Origin: Paraspadella gotoi
Taxonomy: Eukaryota; Animalia; Chaetognatha
Reading direction: 5' to 3'
Assembly (NCBI GenBank): GCA_051294375.1
Contig: CM119265.1
Coordinates: 11,471,818-11,535,817, forward strand
DNA: 64,000 nucleotides
Positions 1-13,012 of this stretch are shown piece after piece. The stretch's first letter is position 1. The number at the start of each line of letters is the position of its first letter. The translations under genes and the position numbers were made by a program. Under the pieces are notes generated by a model. It worked only from the letters and a program-made list of their open reading frames with translations. It searched no databases and was not told where the DNA came from.

Positions 1-3000
1 CGCCATTGACGAGCACCAAAGGACGCGGCGTACGCCGGTTGCAACATCGCAAACATGCATTGCGACCGCCGTCCAGAGATGCTTATTTGCAATTGTTATT
101 TAACCGAGTCAAGCAGAAAAAGCAGCGATTTTATTAAAATTTGAATCATTCAGTCCCAACGCTCCCCTCAGATCGCGTACAGTTTGAATGTCTAGTCTTC
201 TCTCTCCTTTTCACTCCTCCTGCATATGTCATGTCCCCCCTCTCGAGCAATGCACTTCTCCTACCTCCTATACTTTTCGATGCTTTTTCGCTCGCGTGCG
301 TTGCGCGGGCAGCTGTCCTAGCGTCGATTGTTATCAACGCCGTCTCTCGGTCCGGAGGAGGCGCTGAACGTCTGGATTCGTTCCTTCTGGTCGTTGGCGA
401 GGGCGGCGAAATCGAGGCGTCCTGAGCCGACCACCGCCGCGACATCCTTCAAACGTTCATTTGCCTGAGATGTTGGACCCGGGAAAATCGCCGTCGTGTA
501 TTCGGAAATGCGCCGCCAGAAGTTCCGTCATAAGGAGATAACGCTGCCTGTTCTTTCTTGCGGCGGCCTTGGAGAAAAAATGAGAGTGTACGCCAATGCC
601 GCCGACGTTTTGCTCCAAAACGCCGGCCGATCGACATCAGAGCGATTGACTGTGGAGAGGCGTCGGCGCGGGAGGAGGAGCTTCTTTGCGCGGCGTCGAA
701 AGCGACGGTCCGTTCCGTCGTCACTCCACTCCGATTCCTATAGAGCTTGTAAAGTTAAATGAAAGTAGTACTACAATTTTTTTAAAATTTGACAATAAAT
801 TGGTTAAAAATAGAAAAAAACCTTAAACAATTATCATCATCATTGGCCTTAAATTTATGGTTTTTAAAAATTCTGCTTATCTAATTAAAACAAAGGGCCG
901 AACGATTTGACTAATAACGCGTTTCGATAACGAAATCCTATTAAAAACAAGTTTGGACAATGTCGGATCTGCCCACGATCATTATCGGTAATTAATAATT
1001 AATAATAATTAAATAATTAATTAATTAATTAATTAAATTAATTAATTAATTATTTAATTTAATTAATTATTTAATTATATTTAATAATTTTTTTATGTAT
1101 TGATTATTGATTGATTAATTAATTAATTATTGATTAATTAATTGACATAATTATTTATTTATTAATACTCTGCATTATAATTTAATATAAAAGAAAAAGA
1201 AGCATAATCAATTAGTGAAACAGGTTTTTTTGTTTTTTTCCATTTAAACTCATTTCCACTCAAAACGATTCCATGAAACTTTGTTTCCAGTAATCACACA
1301 CTTTTACCCAAATACAAAATTTCAAGTCAATCGCCCCATCCACTCATGATAATTGGTGTTCAAATAGTGAAATATATTTTTTTTTTTTTCCATTTAAACT
1401 CATTTCCACTCGACGATTCCATCGAAACTTCATATCAGCTCAATCACACACTTCCTACCCACACACAAAATTTCATTCATCATCCATCCAATCACGAGTA
1501 ATTGGTGTTTTTTGCTAAGGACGCACGGACGGACAAATTTTTTTTGCATAATTTTCATAATTCATGTTCTGACATGATTATAAGTATGCCCGACAAGATT
1601 GAGGGGGCGACGGGGGACCGACAAAGTGAATTATAGAGTCGGATCTGCCTGAAATTCGAAAATTCAAGATAATAATAAAAACATATCTTTAAATCTCCGT
1701 CGGCTTTATAATAAGATAAATTTCTAAAATGTATTTATTTTCATATTCTTTAAACAGTCACTTAACCATTATTTATTGAAGAAACTTCTAGTTTTTAACT
1801 GTTCCATCCAGCCGCCAAATCGGCAGTCGTGCCCTCGCGAAAACCGGCGTGGCCTTGAGTCGGGCATGTGATGAACCACGCCGCTGCCCCAGCCGCGGTG
1901 GAGAGAACTATGGGCTCATGAGTCCGGACAATCGTCAGTCGGGGCTCACCATTAAAGGGGGCCACTTTCTATTGTAAACCAAAGTTAATTATCTGGTAAT
2001 AAGCACGACAATTTTGAAAAGTTACAGAATTTTATATATATTCGCGATCGCGACCTGGTTGAAAGCATTGTTATTTTTCACCATGTTATTTAAAATGTAC
2101 AACTTACATTTACACGATTTGGGCCTAAATGCAGTTAACCATTAACAAGTATACATATTAAGGTAACATTGAGCAGTTTCTAAACAATACAATGAGAAAT
2201 AATTTGCTACATTTAAATATTTCAACGTAAATACTAAAAAAACGTATCAAATTTCTATGAAAACGAAATATTTGAGTTTTGTGCTTTTACTCCGCGTGTT
2301 ATTGATTTTATCCAATTTCCTTGCTCGCGCCAATGAGCTTTGAGGAGGAATATTTTTCCCTTGTCGCTGATCCGAATGAGACGACGTCTTCACTGAGCAG
2401 AAAAAATTAAATTTTTTTTTTTAAAAAATATGTCCGATTCTGGACCTCCACAAAAAAACGACGTAATAATTTTATATTAAGAAACCCTTCATTAAAAATT
2501 TAATATTAAATAATTTATATTCCCTAATTAATACTTACGAAAATTTAAAATTTTCATAATTTCAAAAAAAAAAAAAAAAACACGTGGCGAGGCGTGAAGT
2601 TGAGCAATTTCCATGGCAACCGTGGTTATGGAGCGGAGCTAATTGGCTGCTGCTGCTTACGCCGCTGGAGCAGCAGTTTACGCTGCCACTGATGAAAGTG
2701 ATATTGAGACACGATAACACGAGAGAAATTTGGTTTTGAACGAGCGATCCTGGATCACGCATTAGATGATTAGGCGGTGGAAAAATTCAAAAGCGACTCT
2801 TAGCGACGACGGAGCGCACGAGTAGGCGAAAACAGCGAAAACAAATACTGAACACCGAAAACCGGAAGTCCATTAAATAATACAATTCATGATGAAACCA
2901 CGAAACACTCACCTTTGTTCCCCCATGATTTGGAAAGTTTCAGCACACTGAACTATCCAGGATTGTCAAATAACTACATGTGAGTTAACGTCTCGTCTTC

Positions 3001-3002
3001 AG
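1..3002 (-). CDS. Putative 5' part of an unidentified spliced gene running off the left edge
   Basis: GC-rich exon-like blocks. ATG at 445 reads MSRRWSAQD...KSIG to a G|gtagg donor near 265, then joins in phase to an exon at about 1-81 (ASLDGGRNACLRCCNRR). Acceptor near 741 and a further exon-like block at 2913-3002 ending AAG|gtgagt. No recognisable domain. Confidence 0.3.
946..1650 (-). mobile_element. Helentron-associated non-autonomous element (HINE/DINE-1-like), family 1, partial
   Basis: Same ends as the copies at 18139, 45050 and 61566: AACAAG...GTCGGATCTGC subterminal repeat and a GGAC microsatellite. Terminal hairpin truncated. Confidence 0.65.
1805..1951 (-). mobile_element. Fragment of an LTR-element internal region beginning with a tRNA-Trp-type PBS
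   Basis: Minus strand reads TGGTGAGCCCCGAC, the same PBS start as the elements at 19275-19307 and 54243. GC-rich island in AT-rich DNA. No second LTR seen. Confidence 0.4.
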
Positions 3003-4103
3003 CTGCAAATTAAGCCTCTCCACTAAAAGTTAGTTGACCTATTTATGATGAGATCAATTTTTATCAAGCTAAGAAGAGTATAGTGAGCCGCTTGGCAAGA
3101 CCACAACTAATTGATGTATTTTGACAGTCGTCTTTTTGAGTAGAGCGCTAGAGCGAAGGGCACAGTTAAAGTTTGACATGAAATTCTTAAATGTAGTATT
3201 ATGGTCTTTACGGCTTTTGTTCATATCGAAGACCTTTACCAATTATTCATTGTTCCCGCAAAGGAAAGATACCTAGGTCGATAGAGGTTAACATAACTAA
3301 TAACATCTTTTTAATTTCTATTTGTATGGGATCAGGTGCAAAGATATTGTAAAATATAGCAATGAACGGACATTTTCTCGAGTAAGACGGTCGTTGAACA
3401 ATGCCTCAATATTGTACCAGGACCATTATGGCTTATAGCTTTTTTGCGATTAGAAAATGAGTTCAACAATTGCTTTGAGTAGGAAACTTGTAATAAATTT
3501 AAAAATCTATTCCTTAGGATTTACAGCTAAAGTATGAAAAAAGAGACAAATCAAAGAAAAACCGCTCGCGGAGTAATCGTTTTAAATGGCTCTTTAGAAT
3601 ACTACTAAAACACTATTTCTGGATTTATGTTGTTCCACCGACTTTAGATACTAAACATGTACTATCAAAAACCATTCGCTAGTGGCAAGATTAAAGCGCT
3701 ACTGGATGCAACTTTCGTCATGAACCAAAAAAGGCTGAAAAAAATTTTGACGCTCAGAATATTTTTCTTCCAACATGATATATGCTTTCAAAGCTAAAGG
3801 GGGATGGATGGACGGTCGGAGACGGACATGTGGAAGATGAACATTTTTTGCATTAATTTCTATTAATTCTATAATTCGATGTTCTGAGATGATATAAGTG
3901 ACCTTACCGACAGACCAACAAAGTGAATTAAGTGAAACGTTGTAAAGAATACTACTTTTCTTACAGATAATGTAAAAAATATGCAAATTAATAATCTAAT
4001 TTAATCAAAGTACAAGTTAAGAAACCAGTTCAATTTGTTATTTCAGCCACAATCATAGTACAATCATAAAAGTTGTTTTTTATTGTGATGAAAAATTAAG
4101 TTA

Positions 4104-5648
4104 TGGATGCAGCAATAGTTTCTAAACAACTCAATATGTTTTAATATCAAATTTGGTAGCGTTTCGATAGACAATTGCAAACATTATCTACATGCATAAT
4201 TTCATCATAATCCGACATCCGTTCAATAATAATCGCCAAAAAGCAATTCGCAACAAATCGCTCTTCAAACGCGATCAACTTGCCTTTAAAATCGAGCTGC
4301 GTTTTGATCAACAAGATTAGCTACTATGCGTAGTACTAAGCCTTAGACCGGCGCACAGTGAGATCCTGGCCTGAAATTTTCAGAAAAATCCCGTTCAGCT
4401 TAAAAAAATTTTTTATTATATATTAATCATTAAAAAATTATTTTTTTTAAAATTTATTTGAGGATATTAAAAATAATTAAAAACAACGATTTTTTTATAA
4501 TTTTTAAATAAATAAAACTAAAATTATTATTATAATAAAATATATATTTTATCAGATTATATAATAATAAATAATAATAATAATAAAATAATAATTAATA
4601 AATAAAAATAACATAATTTAATTAAAAAAATAAAATTAAAAAATAAAATTATTTATATTTTATTTATTATTATTATTTTATATATTATATTATTATTACT
4701 ATTATTATTATTAAAATAAAAAAATAAATTTGTAATTTATTATATTTAATATAATTATATATTATATTAAAATTAAAATTTTATTTTAATCTTTATATTT
4801 TTTAATCATACCATAAATAAAAAAATTTAGTCGTTTAGAAAAAAATTAGCTAATTTTATTATAAAATAATATTTTTTTATATATATATACTTTTTAAATA
4901 TATAATACTACCTTTCTTAGATTGAATAAAAAAATTTATTTTCAATACTATAATTATATTTATATAAATATTTTTATATATATATATTATATATACATAT
5001 ATATTATATATTTAAAATTATTTTTTCTAGCATTTGGGACTCACAAAGCAACACTGTGCGCGACGATTTTTGTTTTTAATAAGTTTTTATTGAACTTTTT
5101 TTTAAATTTTGCATTATATTAAGAAACGCTTTTGAATTAAGCTCGCGCTCTACCTGATTTGAATAGTAAATCAATACAGTTTCTGTCAATTGTGATCAAA
5201 ATTGAAAAAAATGAAGCGCTTGACTATGCAGTTTTCACCTAAAAAAACCAGTTCATTTGATTGCTTTATCAAGCAATTAAGATTGCAAGAATTTTAATTT
5301 TGCTTTTTTTCATCATGTAGAGAAGAAATAAGGTTTCGGGAAACTGTACTAATATGTATGATTTGGTCTTTTTTACTCAAGAGCCAGGATGTTCTCCTCG
5401 TAATGCCTTATGTCAATCATATCGTGGAACAATGATCTAAACAAAACATGAACAACAATGATAAAACACTCATTTATGCATTATCTCTAAATATCTTGGC
5501 ATATAAAAAATGGGGATGACATTTCGACAAGCGCCACCTCCATTCGGCTTCCCAAAGAGCCAAGCTTTACGAAAATCATATGCCCATATTGACAAATTTG
5601 TTTTGGCCTTGACTATGCATTTTGAATAGAAGTGAAATATAAGGAATC
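4104..5648 (+). mobile_element. hAT-like non-autonomous element, noisy copy of 37682-39157, cut by the N gap
   Basis: Colinear similarity to 37682-39120, including the AT-rich core. Confidence 0.6.
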
Positions 5649-7589
5649 NNNNNNNNNNNNNNNNNNNNNNNNNAAAACAATGAGTTGTTTAGAAACGATG
5701 CTCATCCCCATAACTTAATTTTTCATCACAATAAAAAACAACTTTTATGATTGTACTATGATTCGTGGCTGAAATACAAATTGAACTGGTTTCTTAACTT
5801 GTACTTTGATTAAATTAGATTATTAATTTGCATATTTTTTACATTATCTGTAAGAGAAGTAGTATTCTTTACAAGTTTCACTTAATTCACTTTGTTGGTC
5901 TGTCGGTAAGTCACTTATATCATCTCAGAACATCGAATTATAGAATTATAGAAAATTATGCAAAAAAATGTTCATCTGTCCACATGTCCGTCCATCCGAC
6001 CGCCCATCCATCCCCCTTTAGCTTTGAACGCCAATTACTCATGTGTGGATAGATGTTGACTTAAAATTTTTTGTGTGTGTAAAGAAATGGGTAATTAAGC
6101 AGGAAATAAAGTTTCAATGGAATCGCTCGAGTGGAAAAGAATTTAAATGTAAAAAACAAAAAACCTGTTTCATCACATTTCGGATGGTATCAGAACCAAG
6201 AATGGAATCGGATCCGCGACTCGGGTAAAATCTACCGAGGACTCGCCGATTGGATGAATCATCGTCGGGAATCAACCAATGAGAAGACGGGCTTCATGCC
6301 ATCGGGAAAACGAGCCCGTGTCGATGATCCAATTATATGCTATAAAATTTATAGCAAAATTTATAATAAATAACTGACCATTTTTGTACTGATCCATTTC
6401 TGTCTCAAGTTCTGACACCGTCTTGCTCTTGTTCATATTCTAAATAAAATCCACTTTGGTTTCATGTTGAAATCATTTGATTATGCTTTTTTTTCTTTTT
6501 ATATAAAATGTCAGCTATATTAATTATTCATTTATTAAATTAAGGGATGGGCTGAGTTGCTGCATTTGAGGGAGAGGCATCGTTTGCCCATTGCCTGCGC
6601 AAGGTGTCTCCGCCTGTCTGTTAGGCCAGGGATCACTCAATTAAAATTGTAGAAATCTTAATTTCCTTGTATCTTAATCAATTTTTCTCATATCTTTTAA
6701 GAGGTTTTCTATTTAAAAATGATCGAAAACTTTAAAATCTATATAATAAATGTCATAAAAATTTTAAAACAAAATTTTTCTTCGGTTAAAACTAGATTTC
6801 CAAGAAAAATTATTTTTTATATGTAGCTAAATTTCTACAAACTAAATTTTTATTAACTTTAAACTGATTCTTTACATAAGCTCAATTTCTACTTTTTTAT
6901 ATTTAATTCTTCCTTTGGTACAAGTACATACTTGGATTGTATCACTAATAAGTCTAAAATAAACTACTTTACGACATATTCCAGACTAGGTTTTTATGCT
7001 TTTATGAGGTTTTATGATTAATAAAAACTTATCGATTTTTTCAATGTTGACTTTTTACTTATGTAAATGTTTAATGAGTTTAATGAGTAGCAGAATTGAC
7101 TTTCTTGAGAAGTGAAATTCTAAAACCGAAAGAGTTGCAGCTCAAACCGTTGCGACCTACTTCTTGAAGAAAAAAAATATCTTAGGGCAAGAAAAAGAAG
7201 GTGGGGAGAATTCTAATGAGCGCGTTTTTTGAAAAATGTTTTTCGTTTCAAGTACAAAGGAATTATCCCAAAATGATCAAAATAATCAAATTTTATATGA
7301 AGGAAGGCAAATTTTGAAAAGATCTTTCATAGAATTGGAGTTCGTGACTTAAAGGTAATTCATGCCAAATTTCATGAGAAACCGCATTACCGTTTGGGCT
7401 GCAACTCTTCAAATAGGTTTCTTTTATTTTATATAGTACAAAAAAAATCGAAAAAACGATTGACGCCTTTGAAAAAATAGTAAAGTGAATACATTTTCGG
7501 AATCGTCAGGAGCTCTCCTTTCGAAATCCGAAAGCTAAGTTTTAGCCTAAATTATAATTTGAATTGAGTGATCCCGGACCTTAAGTGGA

Positions 7590-7925
7590 GATAGGGAAGT
7601 CAATGTGCGGGCGTGGTGGCGGCGGGGTATGATAAGCGAATGATAGCTTGGAGGGAAATCGATTCGTCCTCCATCATGGTTCAAAGAGGGCTTGAGGGCT
7701 TTGTTTGATGTATATTGCCTCTCTAATACCTCTTGAGAACCAGTTTGGGTCATGGAACAGCACGAGACAGTCTGATTCCCTGAACAGATGGCCTGTGCCT
7801 GCCGAATGTTCAGCAATTGCGGACAAATAGTGACCTCGGGCGTCACGGTAAGGTTTTTTGTGCTGTTGGAATCGATCTGTCAGAGACTTGCCTGTCTTGA
7901 AGCCAACAAGCCGAAACATGTCCGT
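7590..7925 (-). pseudogene. Penelope-like retroelement GIY-YIG endonuclease C-terminal fragment (frameshifted)
   Basis: TGKSLTDRFQQH...SAIAEHSAGTGH...NWFSRGIREAIYI, then KPSLNHDGGRIDFPPSY in another frame. This matches the typical Penelope endonuclease tail. Confidence 0.8.
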
Positions 7926-9741
7926 CTAGTGGAAATCCTGATTATTATTATTAGTAAGAAAGTAAATAAAATCGCCGGCCGAATTCTTTAAAAATTCCAA
8001 TGCCCGCTAAGAAATACTTTGCTCCCTCTGTTCAAACGCCGGTCGCAAAACGTTACCTTATTTGGAAGTATTTTTAGAATTGTTTACTTTCTCTCGCCGT
8101 ATAAAAATGAATGCCACTTTGTACAATTACCAATTCGATTCCATTCGCTTTTCTGATTTCAATAAATCGATTCATCTCATTTTGTTCTCCATTTTTATCT
8201 CGACCACCTCCACTGTCTCTTAATAAAAATTGTTGTATTAATTTCACAAATATTTTGATTTCTTTAAGGATAGTGATATAAAGTAGCAAAGAATGCATCA
8301 AATGTTTAAAGCTACGTCATCACTCTTTTCAAAGTCTAAATGTGTGCTCATCGTTTTGTGCATTTCACAGTGTTCATGGGAGTTATCAACTTCATCACAA
8401 ACTGGATGTCTTTCGTGATTCATAAATCAGAACTTCATAATTAAACTCTGCTTGAATTTTCATGTGTGGTTTACCAACGCTACCGTATATTTTGTTAAAT
8501 TATTATCAAATTTAATTTTGATATTTTTGCATTATTTAGCTTTACCTGGCCAAAAAGAAGTTACTGTGATGTGTACTTTTATTTTATAAAGTGGCCATTT
8601 TTAATTTAATTTTATTTGCTTTAATTTGATACTCATTTATTTGCTTTCTTTGGTGCGTGGCCGAGTGGAGATCCTGATTATTATTAATAGTAAGAAATTA
8701 AATAAAATCGCCAGCCGAATTCTTATAAAAATGTCAATGCCCGCTAGAAATATTTTGCTCCCTCTGTTCAAAACGCCGGTCCCCCGGGCAAAACGTTACT
8801 CTTATTTAAAGTATTTTTTTTTTTTGAAATGGGTAAATAACAAAATTGGTTAAGTTAAATTAGGGCTGCGCAATGCGTTCGAATCGAAGTTCTCGATCAA
8901 GATTCTTTTATATTTTACTTCTATTCAAAACTGCATAGTCAAGGCCCAATAAATTATATCAATATGGGTAGATTTCGAAAGCTTGCGTCTTGGGAAGCCA
9001 ACGGAGGTAGAGCGCGATCGAATTCCACATTTTATATGCCCAAAATGGTATTTAAATGAACTGGTCAGACCGTTTTTTCCTTTTCCCAAAAACCTGCTTA
9101 TCTTTTTTTAAAATAGAACAAATCATACATATCAGTATGGTGTTGATAGCTTATGTCTTCTCTACTAGATAAAAAAAAGAAAAGTTTAAATTCTTGCAAT
9201 CTGAATGCTTGATAAAGCAATCAAATGAACTGGTTTTTTAGGTGAAAACTGCATAGTCAAGCCTTCAATTTTTTTTGTTCTAAACATCGAAAGAAACTAT
9301 ATTGTTTTTACTATCTGTTTCAGGTAGAGCGCTGGGGTAAATTTAGAGAGATTATATTAAATTTAGAGCAATAGAAAGGATATCAAGGTTTTTTGCACGC
9401 TAAAAGCTTTTTTAAGCGCGTTCCGGTCTGTATTGAAAAATGGTTGACGTAGTTTTATCCAATGAGGACATCAATTAAAAATAAGCATTATCATGCGCGA
9501 TCCGGGCCAGATAAATCACACATATTTCAAACATGGCTTTACCGTATTTTTACGTTTTAGAACGCAGTCTGTATGAAAATGTTTTGAATTTCACGCCTGT
9601 GATATTGGGTTCTAGGCGTCGTTTGTCCCTTGTTAGTCTCTTTATCTTATCTCTTGAAGAGACATTAATATATTGTTATGTGAATAGTGAAAAAACCGCT
9701 TCAATAAAATCTTAAAAGCAATAGGATCGAGCCTACTTTTA

Positions 9742-9900
9742 ATGATAACCAAATATTGATGCGATGATAACCAATATTGATGCGATGATAACCAAATATT
9801 GATGCGAAGATAACCGAAGGATTGAATGCCCATGTAATAAGCCAAATGATGGATTGCAGAAGATGAATAGTCATTCATTGCTGCGAGATGATAATCATTG
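9742..9900. repeat. GATGCGATGATAACCAAAT minisatellite (22-23 bp unit), degenerate copy
   Basis: Same unit as 17211-17395, decaying rightwards. Confidence 0.8.
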
Positions 9901-10029
9901 ATTGCATGCCGACGATGACTAGTCCTTCGATGTTGATCGGAAGTGATTCAAATCCATCTCATAATTGATGCACATGATAGTCATTTCATGACGTCGTAAC
10001 ATGACTATTGAAAAGAAATATCATATTTT

Positions 10030-11370
10030 AAACAAAAGTATGCAAATACTGCCAAAAAAGTCATGCGATAACGTTTTTTCAAAGTATGCATACTTTTTCA
10101 ATGCATGCAACTTTTTTAAAGTAAAAATGCATACTTTTTTTAAAACTTTCTTTCAGAACTATGCATACTTTTTTCAAATGAGGTGCCATACTCTTTGACA
10201 GTATGTATCTTTTTTCAAAGTATGCATAACTTTTTCCAAAGTTCCAGTACTTTTCTTAGCTATGCATACTTTTTTTACAAATATCCGATACTTTTTCAAA
10301 GTATGCGATACTCCTCTGAAGAAAAAGTCCTCCAATGACATAATTCCTTCCAAAGTATGCGCATTACTTTTTAAAGTATGCGCATACCTTTGTGTTTACT
10401 TTTCTTGTTCAAAGTATTCCCATACTTTATTTACAGTTGGATGCCACTCCTTTTTTGATCAAACTCTTTCCTTGCAAAGTATCCTCTTATACTTTTTCCG
10501 AACAGTATGGCATCACTTCTTCCCGTGAAAGTATGCCAGAGTGAACTTTTTTTGAAAAATATGCCTAGCTTTTTGCAAAGTATGATATTTTTTCAAGAGT
10601 ATGCATACTATTTTATAAGTATGCCATACTTTTTTAAAAATAGTGCCATACTTTTTTTAAAGTACTGCATATCTTTGAAGTGATGCATACTTTTTTCAAG
10701 TTGCATACTTTTTTTCAAAGTATGCATTACTTTTTTCAAAGTAATGCATACTTTTTCCAAAGATTGCATATTTTTTTCAAAGTATGCATAACTTTTTTAA
10801 CTATAATATGCATACTGTGTCGCAGTAGTACATACTTTTTTCAAGATGTGATGCATACTTTGAAACTTTTAAAAATATGGCATACTTTTTTAACAAGTAG
10901 GCACTAGCGGTTTTTTTAGAAAGTAATGGCGCATATCTTTTTTCAAATGAGGTATGTGTCACCTACCGTTGTTTCAAAGTTATGGCGAGTACTTTTTTAC
11001 AATAGGTATGCATGGACTTTCTTTCAACGTATGCATTACTATAATTATTGACCCAAATACTGGTGCCATACTTAAGCGTGTTTACCTCAAGGATATGCAT
11101 ACTGTTTTTCAGTTGAGTGCATACTCTGGTGGAAGTATGGTATACTTTTTTCAAAGTATGCATACTTTTTTCAAAGTATAGCATACTTTTGTTGCAAAGT
11201 CATATGCCGGATACAATCTTATGAATGGTGGATGCGTCCTTATACTGGTTTTCAACTTGCATACGTGTTTTCAACTGCATACTTTTTTCAACTGCACCCC
11301 CCTTACCATGGTGTTTCTCAAGCGTGTGCAATCTTTTTCAACTGCAATGCTCAGGTTTTCAACTTGCAAA
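10030..11370. repeat. Degenerate satellite of about 21 bp built on the palindrome AAAGTATGCATACTTT
   Basis: Dozens of AAAGTATGCATACTTTTTTC-like units with many indels, grading into TTTCAACTGCATACT units. Confidence 0.85.
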
Positions 11371-12199
11371 AGTATCTATTTTCAAACTATAGAGAAGAGC
11401 GATACTTGTTAATAACTGATTTACGGCGCTAAATGTAGGTCTAGTCAGAATCGACATTGTTTGCTCAACTTGTTCATAATAAAATAAGGCCGGATTCAGA
11501 GTATTGACAAATTTTAAATATTAAACTATCGTCGACATTGCATTAGTGTTGTAATTAATTTTATTCATGTGCATCAATTTACTTACCATTACAATCATTA
11601 TCTTTTTAATTATAGTTTTATTTTGCCTATCATATTAAATCTTGTTATCATTAAAAATTAAAATGGATTTAAAAATGGAAAAATTAATCGTGAGTGACGA
11701 CTAAGGAATTCTAATCTTGAATTAACGATATTAAATTGAGTTAAATTTGAATAGTAGTTGCTGGTAAGATCAGTCAATATACTTTCAAGTGCTTTTACTT
11801 TCTTGTGGCTCTCTTGCTCTTTTCCTTTTATTCTGTTATAATTATGCTTAATGTTTTGTGATTAATTTTGTAAAGGATTCTTTTTCCGGCGCTTCGCTGT
11901 ATCTAGTTCTCGTTATGAGAAGCCCGGGGTGTCGCGGCATAATCGCTATTATCGGTTTCAAACTTAGCTACTACGGTATTCAAATCCTTATTGATCAAAC
12001 GAGTTCGATTTTAAGCCGAAAGTTGATCGATTTGGAAGCCGCGATTTTCGCGACTGTTTATTGCCATAACTTTTTTTTGAACGGATTATCCGAATATTTA
12101 TGAATTTGCATATTAGATAGTATTTTAAATTCCCTATCGATCGGTACCACAATTTATTAAAAAATAACTGGGCAATAGTTTAGAAACGATGCACCATCC

Positions 12200-12790
12200 C
12201 CAGTTAGAATGGGTAAGCACATTTTTTAAAGATTTGTTTTTCAATCTGTTTGTTAAAAAATTATAGGTAAGAAGTTAAAACACGGTATGGGTTAGTTTAG
12301 AAGGGAGAATTAAACAATTTAATCTCGTTACTCTGTTGGTTTTCCAGTCATGAACAAAATCTTCAGTTAAATAGAGGTAAAGAAATTCGAGCTATAATGA
12401 ATCTTACACTGAATTTGAAGAGTTGCAGCGAGACGACTGCAATAATATTGAATTAAAAATTTGATTAGTAATCTAAAAACATTTGTAAAAATGTAATTAG
12501 AGAGACATTTTGATAAACGTGTTCCAGTTAGAAAGAATATCAGGGTTAAAGTTTAAAAAAAGTTTCATTTTCAAGGATACAAGTTGAAATTTAAAAATGT
12601 CTATCTATTACATTTTTCTAATTCAGTAAATAAAAAATTCATAAAAAAATATCAGATGGATTGCCTTTTCGTTGACCTGCAACTCTTCAGATAGGTTCTC
12701 TTTATTTTATATTATAATTAAAACGATATAAAATGGGGTAGAATGCATCAAATGTTTAAGTGAATACATTTTCGGAATCGCCAGGAGCTC
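12200..12790. repeat. Interspersed repeat; inverted copy at about 28235-28860
   Basis: Colinear reverse-complement similarity, e.g. GAATACATTTTCGGAATCGCCAGGAGCTCAG. Confidence 0.65.
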
Positions 12791-13012
12791 AGACTTTTTC
12801 TGAATTGTACTCCTATTATGGCGCCTATTTGAGAAGTTGAATTGAATGACCCTTTTTCTTAAAGCGAGTACATTTTTGGAATCGCCAGGAGCTCAGCTTT
12901 TTAGCCTATTTTCAAGTTGATTTGAATGACCCTTTTTCTTAAGAGATTAAAGGATGAAGAAAAAAACGGCGAGAGTACAAAAAGAGAAAAGCTCAACAGT
13001 CAACAGTGATAC

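Noticed and set aside
3781-6028. Large inverted duplication (about 3781-4140 versus 5674-6028) around the N gap
   Set aside because: It abuts a scaffold gap and the left copy is indel-noisy. More likely a gap-filling artefact or two repeat copies than a functional palindrome.
6185-6196. TGGTATCAGAAC resembling a tRNA-iMet PBS
   Set aside because: No adjacent LTR, and the following ORF stops after 8 codons.
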